DNA of 64,000 nt from Candidatus Anstonellales archaeon (lineage in GTDB: Archaea; Micrarchaeota; Micrarchaeia; Anstonellales; J096): positions 130,611-194,610 of the forward strand of contig JAWAFI010000001.1 of the NCBI GenBank assembly GCA_038890615.1, written 5' to 3'. Made by a program: the position numbers and the translations under genes. The notes under the pieces are model-generated. The model ran no database searches. It saw nothing but the letters and a program-made list of their open reading frames with translations, and was not told where the DNA came from. Position 1 is the stretch's first letter, and each line of letters opens with the position of its first letter. Positions 9,622 through 18,786 of the stretch are shown piece after piece.

Positions 9622-10413
9622 ATGATTGAAGCGATGTTTGCCCTCCTGTTCTTTATGCTTCCGTTCCTTGTAGTGCTCTTCGTAATACTAATGATGTCAA
9701 TCAGGATAGTAATGCAGTATGAGAAAGGGATTGTGTTTACCTTGGGCAAATTCAGCAGGGTGGCAAACCCAGGGCTAAACATAATAATACCAGTGATCCA
9801 AAGCATGAGAATAGTGGATACTAGGATACTAACCACAGACATAGCGAAGCAAGAGGTAATGACAAAGGACAACGTGCCTGTTATGGTGAATGGCGTTGTC
9901 TACTTTAGGGTTGAGAACCCTGAAAAGGCAGTGCTCAGAATACAGGACTACGATTATGCGATAGCCCAGTACGCCCAAACAGCATTGAGGGACATAATAG
10001 GTAATAAGGAGCTCGATGTTGTGCTTTCAAACAGGGAGGAGGTTGCAGAGGAGATAAAGAAGCTTGTTGACAAGGAGACAAGCGAATGGGGGCTGGATGT
10101 AACAGCAATAAAGATACAGGACATAGAGCTTCCTGCAGACATGAAAAGGGCAATGGCAAGGCAGGCAGAGGCAGAAAGGGAAAGGAGGGCAACAATAATA
10201 ATGAGCGAGGGGGAGAAGGCAGCTGCAAGGAATTTGGCTGAAGCAGCAGCCACATTGGCAAAAACGCAGGGAGGCCTGCACTTAAGGACATTGCAGACAC
10301 TGGCTGATGTCTCTGCAGACCAAAGCAACACTATTGTTTTTGTAGCGCCAATAGAGATGCTGGAGGCGCTTAAGGGGCTTATGGGAAGCTCAAAGAAGAA
10401 AAAAGAATCTTAA
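9622..10413 (+). CDS. SPFH/band 7 (stomatin-like) membrane protein
   Basis: N-terminal TM; QEVMTKDNVPV, AQTALRDIIG, AMARQAEAERERRA, LRTLQTL. Confidence 0.95.
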   Translation: MIEAMFALLFFMLPFLVVLFVILMMSIRIVMQYEKGIVFTLGKFSRVANPGLNIIIPVIQSMRIVDTRILTTDIAKQEVMTKDNVPVMVNGVVYFRVENPEKAVLRIQDYDYAIAQYAQTALRDIIGNKELDVVLSNREEVAEEIKKLVDKETSEWGLDVTAIKIQDIELPADMKRAMARQAEAERERRATIIMSEGEKAAARNLAEAAATLAKTQGGLHLRTLQTLADVSADQSNTIVFVAPIEMLEALKGLMGSSKKKKES

Positions 10414-10445
10414 TTAACTACTAATTTTACACCTGTTAGATCTTA

Positions 10446-10518
10446 TAGCCCCAACCGGATTCGAACCGGTGTCTGCAGGTCCAGAGCCTGCCATCCTTGT
10501 CCGCTAGACGATGGGGCT
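10446..10518 (-). tRNA. tRNA-Gln(CTG)
   Basis: Reverse complement folds as AGCCCCA/TGGGGCT acceptor, GCAGG-CTCTGGA-CCTGC anticodon arm, ACCGG-TTCGAAT-CCGGT T arm. Confidence 0.96.
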
Positions 10519-10574
10519 TTAGACATAATGATAGCAGGCAAAAGGGTTTTAAAAGTGCTTGCTGAAAGCTATCC

Positions 10575-11000
10575 ATGTCAAGCAATATTCCTGTAAGCGA
10601 GGTAATGAAAAGGAAAACCATTGTAATAGATGTAGAGGAAAGTGTTGAGAAGGCAGCAAAAGTTATGAAGGCAAACGATGTTGGCTCAATAATAGTGACA
10701 GACAGGGGGGCAGTGGGCATAGTGACAGAGAGGGATATATGCTGGAAGGTTGTAGCAGAAGGCCACTCTGCAAAAACAACAAAGGTGAAGCAGATTATGA
10801 GCACGCCGCTGAAGACAATAGAGCCAACAGCAACTTTAGAGCAGGCAGCAGAGAAGATGAAGAAGGAGGGGGTAAAGCGGCTTGTAGTGCTGAACAAGCA
10901 TCAAGAGCTAGTTGGCATTATATCTTACAGTGATATACTCAAAATACTGCCAGCAGTCATAGATATTGTTGAAGAAAGGGCAAGGATAGAAAAGGATTAA
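10575..11000 (+). CDS. CBS-domain pair protein
   Basis: VSEVMKR...VGIVTERDI...VKQIMSTP...LVGIISYSDI. Confidence 0.93.
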   Translation: MSSNIPVSEVMKRKTIVIDVEESVEKAAKVMKANDVGSIIVTDRGAVGIVTERDICWKVVAEGHSAKTTKVKQIMSTPLKTIEPTATLEQAAEKMKKEGVKRLVVLNKHQELVGIISYSDILKILPAVIDIVEERARIEKD

Positions 11001-11023
11001 AAAGACAAAGCAATAGTTAATAT

Positions 11024-11213
11024 GCTGCGCACGGATGGCGGTATGAGCATAGCTATGATTGGCCCGTCAACAGTGCGCAGTTAAGCAATCACACATAACG
11101 CAGGAGTTGGACATCACGATGGAAGAATCCAACCTTCACAATGGCATCATGCTCATTGAAAGGAAAAGGAGTGGGCTTTCAAGATGCCTGGTTTCGGCAG
11201 CGTTAGTGTGGAT
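11024..11213 (+). ncRNA. Candidate pseudoknotted structured RNA (5' leader or co-transcribed ncRNA) upstream of dnaG
   Basis: Helices 11024-32/11073-81, 11034-38/11064-68, 11090-101/11200-210, 11106-11/11128-33, 11143-48/11183-88 and 11156-62/11176-82; loop ATGAGCAT (11043-50) is complementary to internal-loop ATGCTCAT (11149-56); TATA-like box at ~10996-11003. Confidence 0.65.
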
Positions 11214-11228
11214 GAAATAGGTGAGAAT

Positions 11229-12464
11229 ATGGGAAAAACATACATAGATACAGTAAAATATGTAATAACAGTTGAATTCCAGGTTGATGGAGTTATTGAG
11301 AAGCCGGATGTGGTTGGAGCCATATTCGGCCAGACAGAAGGGCTTCTTGGAGATGAGCTAGATTTAAGGGAAATACAGAAGAATGGAAGAATAGGTAGGA
11401 TAGAAGTGAACACAAGGACAGAAGCAGGCAAAACAATAGGGGTAATAGAGATACCCAGCGGCCTTGACATGGTTGAAACAAGCATAATAGGGGCTGCTTT
11501 TGAAACAGTGGAAAGGGTTGGGCCATTCAACGCAAAGTTCAGGGTAAAGAGCATAGAGGATACGAGAGGGGTTAAGAGGAAGTTCGTTGTAGAAAGGGCA
11601 AAGGAGCTGCTAAAGAACTTGATGAGCACAGAGATACCAGAGACAAAGGAGCTGCTTAGCTCAGTAAAGTCAGAGCTAAAGATAGAGGAGATAACGACCT
11701 ATGGGCCTGAGAGACTACCTGCAGGGCCAGGAGTGCAAGGAAGCGACAGCATAATAGTGGTTGAAGGAAGGGCAGATGTGCTTAACCTCCTAAGGAATGG
11801 CATAGACAACGCAATAGCAGTGGGGGGGATAAATGTGCCTGATTCGGTGATTGAACTCACAAAAGGAAAGGAAGTGACACTCTTCTTAGATGGAGACAGG
11901 GGAGGGGACATAATACTAAAGATGATCATTGACAAAGGCGGGGAGATAGATTTTATAGCAAGGGCCCCTGCTGGGAAAGAGGTCGAGGAGCTTACAAGGA
12001 AAGAGATAATAAAGGCGCTAAGGGGAAAGGTGCCTTATGAGGCAACTAGGGAGCAGCAAAGAGAAGGGGATGATGCAAAAGCAAGAAGGGAGAGGCCGTC
12101 CCAGCCATACCAACAATACCATGTTTACCAGCCAAAGAGCAGCAGCCCGCCAATGCCAAATGAAGAGCTTGTTGTGCTAAACATAGACAGGGAAAAGCTC
12201 CTTTCACTGCTTGAAGGAATGGAATCAACGCTCAACGCAAAGTTCTACAACGATAACTACGAAGTTGTTGGGGAGTGCGGGGTAAGGAACCTGATAAAGG
12301 AGCTTGAGACTGCAAAAGGGGTTAGCTATGTAGTTTTCGACGGCATAGTGACCCAGAGGCTTGTTGACATTGCAGAGGAGAAAGGCATAAAGGCTCTTGT
12401 TGCATTCAAGAAAGGCCACATAACAAGAAAGAGCAGGAGCGTAGAGATTGTGGTAACTGAATGA
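11229..12464 (+). CDS. dnaG: Archaeal DnaG (TOPRIM primase-like, exosome-associated RNA-binding protein)
   Basis: KPDVVGAIFGQTEGLLG, IIVVEGRADVLNLL, FLDGDRGG, FDGIVTQRL; start at ATG 11229 after SD GGTGAG. Confidence 0.96.
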   Translation: MGKTYIDTVKYVITVEFQVDGVIEKPDVVGAIFGQTEGLLGDELDLREIQKNGRIGRIEVNTRTEAGKTIGVIEIPSGLDMVETSIIGAAFETVERVGPFNAKFRVKSIEDTRGVKRKFVVERAKELLKNLMSTEIPETKELLSSVKSELKIEEITTYGPERLPAGPGVQGSDSIIVVEGRADVLNLLRNGIDNAIAVGGINVPDSVIELTKGKEVTLFLDGDRGGDIILKMIIDKGGEIDFIARAPAGKEVEELTRKEIIKALRGKVPYEATREQQREGDDAKARRERPSQPYQQYHVYQPKSSSPPMPNEELVVLNIDREKLLSLLEGMESTLNAKFYNDNYEVVGECGVRNLIKELETAKGVSYVVFDGIVTQRLVDIAEEKGIKALVAFKKGHITRKSRSVEIVVTE

Positions 12465-13696
12465 AGGTATACATAGAAACATATGGCTGCACTCTAAATA
12501 AGGCAGATAGCGATATGATAAGGGCTATTCTTAGAAAGAGGGGCCACAAGATAGTTGAGAGAGAGAAGGATGCAGAAGCAATAGTGCTTAACACATGCAC
12601 TGTGAAGAGCGCAACTCAGAGCAAGATACTCAGCCGGCTTAAGGAGCTGAAAGGGAAGAGAGTAATAGTTGCAGGGTGCATGGTTGTAAACCAAAATAAG
12701 ATAAGGGCAATAATGCCTCTTGCAAACTTAGTAAAGCCATCTGGAATAGCAAGGATAGCTGAAGCAGTTGAAAGGGCTGATGAAGCCAAGGTTTATGGGG
12801 AGATGGAAAAGGGGCTTGAAAGCAAGGAGGTTACAGCGCCTATACTTAGGATACCTGCCTCAGAGGGTTGCCTTTCATTCTGCCACTTCTGCCAAACTAA
12901 GCTCGCAAGACCCAAGTTCTTCAGCTATGCGCCGCAAAGCATAATAAGGCATTTGAGGGAAGGCATAAAGAAAGGGGCAAGGGAGGTGCAGCTAACCTCG
13001 ATGGACCTTGGGGCATATGGGGCTGACAGAAAAACAAACATAGTGGAGCTGGTAAAAAGGATCAACGAGGAGAAAGGCGATTTCATGGTAAGGCTGGGCA
13101 TGATGAACCCACAGCATGCAGCAAGGCATGTGGACAGCTTGCTGAAGAATATGGGGAAATGCTACAGGTTTTTCCATGTGCCTGTACAGAGCGGGAGCAA
13201 CAGGGTGCTTAAGCTTATGAACAGGGGGCACACAACAAAAGAGTTTGCTGAGGTGGTCAGGAAGGCAAGGGAATTTGACAGCATGTTCACAATTGCAACC
13301 GATATAATAGTTGGCTATCCTGGGGAGAAAGAAAGCGATTTCAGAAAAACGCTTGAGCTTATAAGGAAGAATAAGGTGGACGTAGTTAATGTCTCTAAAT
13401 TTTCGCCAATGGAAGGCACTGTAGCAAAGCTAATGAAGCAGATAAGGACTGAGGTTGTGAAAAAGAGGAGCGTTGTTGTTTCCCTTGAGAGGAAGAAAGT
13501 GGCAGAGGAAAGGAACAAGGAAATGGTTGGAAGGAGGGAAAGGGTGGTGGTGCTGGAGGAGGGGAAGGGAGGGAGCAAAGGAAGGGACATTTACTACAGG
13601 CAAGTTGTGCTTGACAGGAGGATAAAGATAGGAAGCTTTGTTGAGGCAGAAATAGAAGGTGCAAGCACTACATCGCTTTTTGGCAGGGTTGTTTAG
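12461..13696 (+). CDS. mtaB: tRNA methylthiotransferase (MtaB/MiaB-like radical SAM; UPF0004 + TRAM domains)
   Basis: ETYGCTLN, NTCTV, AGC, EGCLSFCHFC (CxxxCxxC), PVQSGS, TDIIVGYPGE. Confidence 0.88.
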   Translation: MKVYIETYGCTLNKADSDMIRAILRKRGHKIVEREKDAEAIVLNTCTVKSATQSKILSRLKELKGKRVIVAGCMVVNQNKIRAIMPLANLVKPSGIARIAEAVERADEAKVYGEMEKGLESKEVTAPILRIPASEGCLSFCHFCQTKLARPKFFSYAPQSIIRHLREGIKKGAREVQLTSMDLGAYGADRKTNIVELVKRINEEKGDFMVRLGMMNPQHAARHVDSLLKNMGKCYRFFHVPVQSGSNRVLKLMNRGHTTKEFAEVVRKAREFDSMFTIATDIIVGYPGEKESDFRKTLELIRKNKVDVVNVSKFSPMEGTVAKLMKQIRTEVVKKRSVVVSLERKKVAEERNKEMVGRRERVVVLEEGKGGSKGRDIYYRQVVLDRRIKIGSFVEAEIEGASTTSLFGRVV

Positions 13697-13700
13697 TTTA

Positions 13701-15167
13701 TCAAAGAAGAGGCCTGCCTTCCATCTTTTTTGGTATAGGAAGGCCCATTAGCGAAAGCACCGTAGGGGCTACATCTATAAGGGAGCCCTTGCGCAGCTTC
13801 TTTTTGCTCCCAACAATGAGGAAAGGCACTGGGTTTGTGGTGTGGGAAGGGTTTGGCTTTCCTGCCTTGAGCATCTCCTCTGCATTCCCATGGTCAGCAG
13901 TGATCACTACTGTATAGCCTTGGGAAATAGCAGCAGGCACAACCTTTGAGAGGCAGGAGTCAATGGCTTCAATGGCTTTTATAGTTGCATCCAAGCTTCC
14001 AGAGTGGCCAACAAGATCAGGGTTGGCATAATTCACCAAGATGAAACCGTAGCCAGATGAGAGCCTTGAGATTGCCTCCTCAGTTATTTCAGGTGCAGAC
14101 ATCTCTGGCGCTTGGTCATAAGAAGCCACCTTCTTAGAAGGCACAAGCACCCTGTCCTCATAGGGCTCTGGCTCCTCAACTTGGGAGTTGAAGAAGTAAG
14201 TCACATGGGCGTACTTCTCTGTTTCAGCAATGCGTAGCTGGCTTATCTTCTCAGAAGACAGTGCCTTGGCTAGGTTGATTTCGACTTTCTTCTGGGGGAA
14301 AGCAACATCCATCCTTATGCGAGGGTCATACTGGCTGAATCCCACGAAAACCCTCTGCCTCTGCCCAACAGGGAAAGCAGTAAAAGGCCTTGTGCAGAAA
14401 GCAGAGGCAAGCTGCCTTGCCCTGTCAGAGCGGAAGTTGATGAAAATTACACTGCTGTCTGGCGTGACAACTGCCTTCCCAGTAGTAAGGGGCCTGACAT
14501 AGTAATCAGTCCTGTCTCCCTTTGAGTAGGCAAGCTGAATTCCCTTTTCTATGGAAGGAACCTTTGTGCCCTTGCCCTCTGTGAGGAGCCTGTAAGCAAC
14601 CTCTGTGCGATCCCAGTTGGAGTCCCTGTCCATTGCATAGTAGCGGCCAATTGCTGTCGCAATCTCTGCAATGCCTTTGGACCACTTAGAAAGCTCCTTT
14701 ATATACTTAAGGGCGCTTTTTTCAGGAACATCCCTTCCATCAAGGAAACAGTGGATGTATGTTTTCGCTGAGCTATTCTTTGCCATCTTAAGAAGAGGCT
14801 TTATGTGGTTTATGTCTGAATGCACGCCTGCGTCTGAGCATAGGCCTATTATGTGCACTGAGCTTGACCTGAATGCATGGCAAAGCAGCTTGTTTTCATA
14901 GAAAGAGCCGTCCTTTATGGAATCGTTAATTAGCGAGAGAGGCTGCTTTACAATGGCCCCTGAACCGAGGTGTATGTGGCCTACCTCTGAATTTCCCTGG
15001 AAGCCCTCTGGAAGCCCAACATAAACACCGCTTGCATTGAGAAGGGTTGATGAGGAGGAGCGGAAAAGGGAATCTATGAACGGCTTTTCTGCAAGCGCAA
15101 TGGCATTGCCTGCCTTGGCTTTTCGAAAGCCGAAACCATCCAATACAATAAGCAATAACGGCTTCAT
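13701..15167 (-). CDS. gpmI: 2,3-bisphosphoglycerate-independent phosphoglycerate mutase
   Basis: LDGFG, GNSEVGH, GVHS, DGRD, GRYYAMDRD, NFRSDRARQ, AETEKYAHVT, DLVGH, TADHGNAE. Confidence 0.97.
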   Translation of the reverse strand: MKPLLLIVLDGFGFRKAKAGNAIALAEKPFIDSLFRSSSSTLLNASGVYVGLPEGFQGNSEVGHIHLGSGAIVKQPLSLINDSIKDGSFYENKLLCHAFRSSSVHIIGLCSDAGVHSDINHIKPLLKMAKNSSAKTYIHCFLDGRDVPEKSALKYIKELSKWSKGIAEIATAIGRYYAMDRDSNWDRTEVAYRLLTEGKGTKVPSIEKGIQLAYSKGDRTDYYVRPLTTGKAVVTPDSSVIFINFRSDRARQLASAFCTRPFTAFPVGQRQRVFVGFSQYDPRIRMDVAFPQKKVEINLAKALSSEKISQLRIAETEKYAHVTYFFNSQVEEPEPYEDRVLVPSKKVASYDQAPEMSAPEITEEAISRLSSGYGFILVNYANPDLVGHSGSLDATIKAIEAIDSCLSKVVPAAISQGYTVVITADHGNAEEMLKAGKPNPSHTTNPVPFLIVGSKKKLRKGSLIDVAPTVLSLMGLPIPKKMEGRPLL

Positions 15168-15188
15168 GGAGAGCCAAAGGTTAGAAGA

Positions 15189-15713
15189 TTATTGCGATGA
15201 GGAAGATACAGTGGAGACCACTGTTGCGATTGCTTCCCTGTCAACGTTTGCTATGTCCTCCTCATACTGGTACCAAAGCACTAAGCTCCCCTTGAACTGC
15301 TGGTTTAGAGAGCCAGTCACATCATTACCAGATGAATCCTTGCATACAATGTTTATGAAGTCCTTGTAATCGCCGTTGCTTATCTGCACAGAAACAGGGT
15401 CAGCATGCTCCTTCTTGATCCCCCCTCCTTGGGAGGTTGTGCATAGGATCCTGTTCACCTCTATGGTCCTGCCAAGCTTGTTCCAAACCCTTGCTGAAAT
15501 GTGGACAACCTTGTCTGCATCAGCTGTGGCTGTTGGGGGCGGGTCGCTGCACAACAGGCCCGGCTGCTGGAAGGTGCAGGTTTCAGGAAGCTTGAATGGA
15601 TTCAGCAGAAGAAGAGCGCCTATAACTATCAGAATAGCCAAAAGGGCCCATCCATATGTCATCAAATATTCCATTGCGGCCTGTCCTTTCATGTTTCTCA
15701 TTTTCTTCACCAC
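15189..15713 (-). CDS. Class III signal peptide (type IV pilin-like) protein
   Basis: KGQAAMEYLMTYGWALLAILIVIGALLLL prepilin motif; lies at the end of a Tad locus. Confidence 0.88.
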   Translation of the reverse strand: MVKKMRNMKGQAAMEYLMTYGWALLAILIVIGALLLLNPFKLPETCTFQQPGLLCSDPPPTATADADKVVHISARVWNKLGRTIEVNRILCTTSQGGGIKKEHADPVSVQISNGDYKDFINIVCKDSSGNDVTGSLNQQFKGSLVLWYQYEEDIANVDREAIATVVSTVSSSSQ

Positions 15714-15714
15714 C

Positions 15715-16776
15715 TTATATGAGTAGGTTTTGGAAGAAACTATTTAAAATTGTTATGAGGCCCAGGAAAACCAGCATAGCCCCAAGGAAAATGGCAACAA
15801 AGAACTTTGCCCCGTCCTGCCATCTTCCCTTCCCCACAATCCCAACCGTAAGAGAAGATGTAAGGGAAGTAACAAGAATCATTGCCAATGCAAAGAAGAA
15901 GAAATCCCCAGAAGTGATTGAAGGGCCAAGTGGCACAAAAGGCACTGCAGATGATGATGCGCTTATTGCGCTCACATCTATCTGCGCAAAAACCTTTTCA
16001 AGCATTTGGAGAAGCTTGTACGAAACTGATAAGAGGAAAGGAGCCCCAACCATTCCCCCAAACACTATGAATATCTGGTAGAAAAGGAGCGAAGCCTTTA
16101 TGTCGTTCTTCACTATTTCCCTTTCCCTTGCGTCTTCTGCAATCTTGTCTATTGCGTCAGCAACGCTTCCTCCTGTTGCCACTGCTTGCTTTATTATCTT
16201 CATTGCCCTCTTTATAAGAGGGGAGTCAAACGTTTCTGAAAGCCTGTCAAGCGCTTGGTGTATTGTTGAGCCGCTCAAAGATGAGCTTATTGCAACATGC
16301 ACTACTGCTGAAAGCTCACCGAACTCTGGTTTAGCAGCTTGTATCATTGCCTGCTCAACATTCATCCCTGCCCTCATGTTTGCTGAAACCAGGTTTAAGT
16401 AGTCAGGGAAAACCTTCTCAACCTTGTCTGTTATGGCGTCCTTGCGCAAGGCCAAGTAGGCCATCACGAAGAACGCCCATGAGGTGGCTGAGATGATCAG
16501 CCCAACCAAGTAGAAAAGGATGAAAAGGATGAAGTAATGGCCAAAAGAAAACGGCCTAAGGAAAGCCACTATGGGGTCAATTAGTTGGATCATTGTCCCA
16601 ACAAGCAAGGTAAGAAGAAGCACCATTACTGTTGAAAAGCCAAGGAAACGCTCTCCTGTGCTCAGAACCCCTGCTGCGCTTAGCTCCTTTTCAACTGTCT
16701 TTGCGTTTTCCCTTGAGTATAGCATTCCAATAGATTCAAAAAAATCAGGGTTTCTTGTTGCTGCCATAAGCATCAC
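15715..16776 (-). CDS. Type II secretion/Tad membrane platform protein (TadC/GspF family)
   Basis: FPDYLNLVSANMRAGM, EFGELS, TGGSVADAI, multiple TMs. Confidence 0.9.
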   Translation of the reverse strand: MMLMAATRNPDFFESIGMLYSRENAKTVEKELSAAGVLSTGERFLGFSTVMVLLLTLLVGTMIQLIDPIVAFLRPFSFGHYFILFILFYLVGLIISATSWAFFVMAYLALRKDAITDKVEKVFPDYLNLVSANMRAGMNVEQAMIQAAKPEFGELSAVVHVAISSSLSGSTIHQALDRLSETFDSPLIKRAMKIIKQAVATGGSVADAIDKIAEDAREREIVKNDIKASLLFYQIFIVFGGMVGAPFLLSVSYKLLQMLEKVFAQIDVSAISASSSAVPFVPLGPSITSGDFFFFALAMILVTSLTSSLTVGIVGKGRWQDGAKFFVAIFLGAMLVFLGLITILNSFFQNLLI

Positions 16777-17649
16777 CTATATCTGGTACCTCGGCCTCAT
16801 GCCATTAGCCACTGCCACGAAGAGAAGTTGTATCAGCACTATTAGTATGAGGAAGGGCCAAAGCATTGCTGAGCTGAACCCAGTGCTTCCATTGCTCATT
16901 ACTGACATTATTATGATGCTGAACGCTATCAAAAGAGGAGGGAACACTATTCCGAAAATCAAGTAGAAAAGTATGAGTGGGTTGAGCTTCTGGCCATAGG
17001 ATTTGAGCTCTATTATCTGCTCTCTTGCAAGCTGCTCAACAACTGCCTCAAGCGAATCTGCAAGGTTTGCACCAGAGGCAACTGAGTTTGCAACCTGCAG
17101 GAGCACGCGCTTTGCTGCTTGCGAGGGGCAGTGGGCTATTGCCTGCCTGAATGCCTGCGATGTGGGCGTGCCTGTCATCATTGAGTCAACTATGCCCTTG
17201 AATAGGTTGCTGACCTCCCCATAGCCCTCAGTCACTCCTACAAGGGCATCGAAAAGGCTCATGCCTGAGCGAAGCGATATGATTATATGGCGGCACGCAA
17301 AAACAAGCTGCTCATCTATCTTCTTTGAGCGCACTATTATTGCAAAATCAGGGTACACCTTGAAATAAAGGAAGAACAATATCAAGAAAATCGGTAGGAA
17401 AAGAAGCAGCCATACCAAATCTATGTAAGGGAAGAAGAGCACTATGCTGACAAGCCAGAAGAAGAGCGTGTAAATCACTATGTTCCTGCCTATCTCTCCA
17501 ACAAAAACATAGGGAGATTTGTCTATGCCAGCAAGGCGCATCTTTTCTTTCACTCCAGGAAAATAAGGCATGAGCATTTCTCCAACAGGGTCTGTCTCTT
17601 CTGGTACTTCTACTTGAGTGCTAACGAAGCTGCTTACCTTCTTTGACAT
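16777..17649 (-). CDS. Type II secretion/Tad membrane platform protein (TadB/TadC family)
   Basis: LRSGMSLFDAL, YGEVS, SGANLADSL, YGQKLNPL; start re-placed at ATG 17649 after AGGTG. Confidence 0.88.
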   Translation of the reverse strand: MSKKVSSFVSTQVEVPEETDPVGEMLMPYFPGVKEKMRLAGIDKSPYVFVGEIGRNIVIYTLFFWLVSIVLFFPYIDLVWLLLFLPIFLILFFLYFKVYPDFAIIVRSKKIDEQLVFACRHIIISLRSGMSLFDALVGVTEGYGEVSNLFKGIVDSMMTGTPTSQAFRQAIAHCPSQAAKRVLLQVANSVASGANLADSLEAVVEQLAREQIIELKSYGQKLNPLILFYLIFGIVFPPLLIAFSIIIMSVMSNGSTGFSSAMLWPFLILIVLIQLLFVAVANGMRPRYQI

Positions 17650-17732
17650 CAGAACACACCTTAAATCTATGGGTGCAAACATCTTAAAAAGGTTTGCCTG
17701 GGCATTTTTATGCTCTATAAGCAAACTAAGCT

Positions 17733-18785
17733 TTAGAACATTCCTCTTGAGCGCTCATCCCCCCTTTCCTTAAGGGAGGTGACAAAATCACCAAATGTGT
17801 TCTTGTAGCGCATGATCGCTGTTTCTTGGGAATCGAGCGCACCATCTATGCCATACTTTTCCTTTGCTATCCTGGTTTCATTGAAGTGATGCACTGTGAA
17901 ATAGTTGCCTGAGGCCTCTGCCACTTTGCTTATTTCAGAAATCAGCGCCAACAGGTTGTTTTGGAACTCGCGCCTTACCGAAAGCACATCTGAATCTGAA
18001 AGCGCCCTTGTGAGCGTTTCCTTTGTCTGCCTGACAAGCTCACCATGGTTGCGCTCAAATTCCTTCTCTATTGAGTTAAGCGCATTGTTTATCTCAAAAT
18101 TCTGGTGTGAGATCAGCAGGGCAGGAAGGTTGGTCTTCGCTGTCCCGCCAGCAAGTATGTTCTTGAGCGCAACAATCTCTGCCTTTATGCGCTCCCTTTC
18201 AGCAGTATCCTTTGTCTTGAAGAGCTGCTTGGTGTAATCAAACATCTTTTTCTTTATATCGCTCTCGTCAACCTTCATCTTTGCTTTGGAGTAAATCTCC
18301 TTTATATGCTCCTCAGCCCTCGCTTCTGGGTTGGAAAGGTCAATAGGGAAGATTATGTTGGGCGAGAAATTTATGGTAAGATGTACTTGCGCCTTTGGTT
18401 CCTCTTTTGGCCTCTGTGGCTCTGGCATTTTTATCTCTTGAGGTGCCTCAAAATCTGGCCTTTCTGCTGTTTTTTCCTCTTTAACCTCTGGCTTCTTTAC
18501 TTCCTCTTTCTTCTCAATCTCTTTCTTTTCAAAGGTTTCCTTCATCTTTTCCTCAAGCTTCTTTGTAGCCTCAACGCTGACCTTCTCCTGCTTTATGCCA
18601 AAGCGCTTCTTTATCTCCTGCACTTTCTTTATCTTTGAATAATTAGCAAATATCTCTTCAAGGTTTGATTCGCTGGCCTTTATTATGGGCTCAATCCTTT
18701 CTGATTCGCTGAATCCTGGCTTGCTGTAAGGAAGCCTGTTCTTGGAAATGGAATTGTATAATTTTAGTAACGATTCGTAGTTCAT
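17733..18785 (-). CDS. Hypothetical helical/coiled-coil protein within the pilus operon
   Basis: Tightly coupled to the ATPase gene; K/E/P-rich linker. Confidence 0.75.
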   Translation of the reverse strand: MNYESLLKLYNSISKNRLPYSKPGFSESERIEPIIKASESNLEEIFANYSKIKKVQEIKKRFGIKQEKVSVEATKKLEEKMKETFEKKEIEKKEEVKKPEVKEEKTAERPDFEAPQEIKMPEPQRPKEEPKAQVHLTINFSPNIIFPIDLSNPEARAEEHIKEIYSKAKMKVDESDIKKKMFDYTKQLFKTKDTAERERIKAEIVALKNILAGGTAKTNLPALLISHQNFEINNALNSIEKEFERNHGELVRQTKETLTRALSDSDVLSVRREFQNNLLALISEISKVAEASGNYFTVHHFNETRIAKEKYGIDGALDSQETAIMRYKNTFGDFVTSLKERGDERSRGMF

Positions 18786-18786
18786 G

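Noticed and set aside
11024..11213. Identity as RNase P RNA or SRP RNA (also considered for 8384-8602)
   Set aside because: Neither region shows the RNase P CR-I/CR-V (P4) consensus or the SRP helix-8 motif.
11184..11228. N-terminal extension of DnaG from ATG 11184
   Set aside because: It lies inside the paired RNA structure; family similarity and the SD point to ATG 11229.
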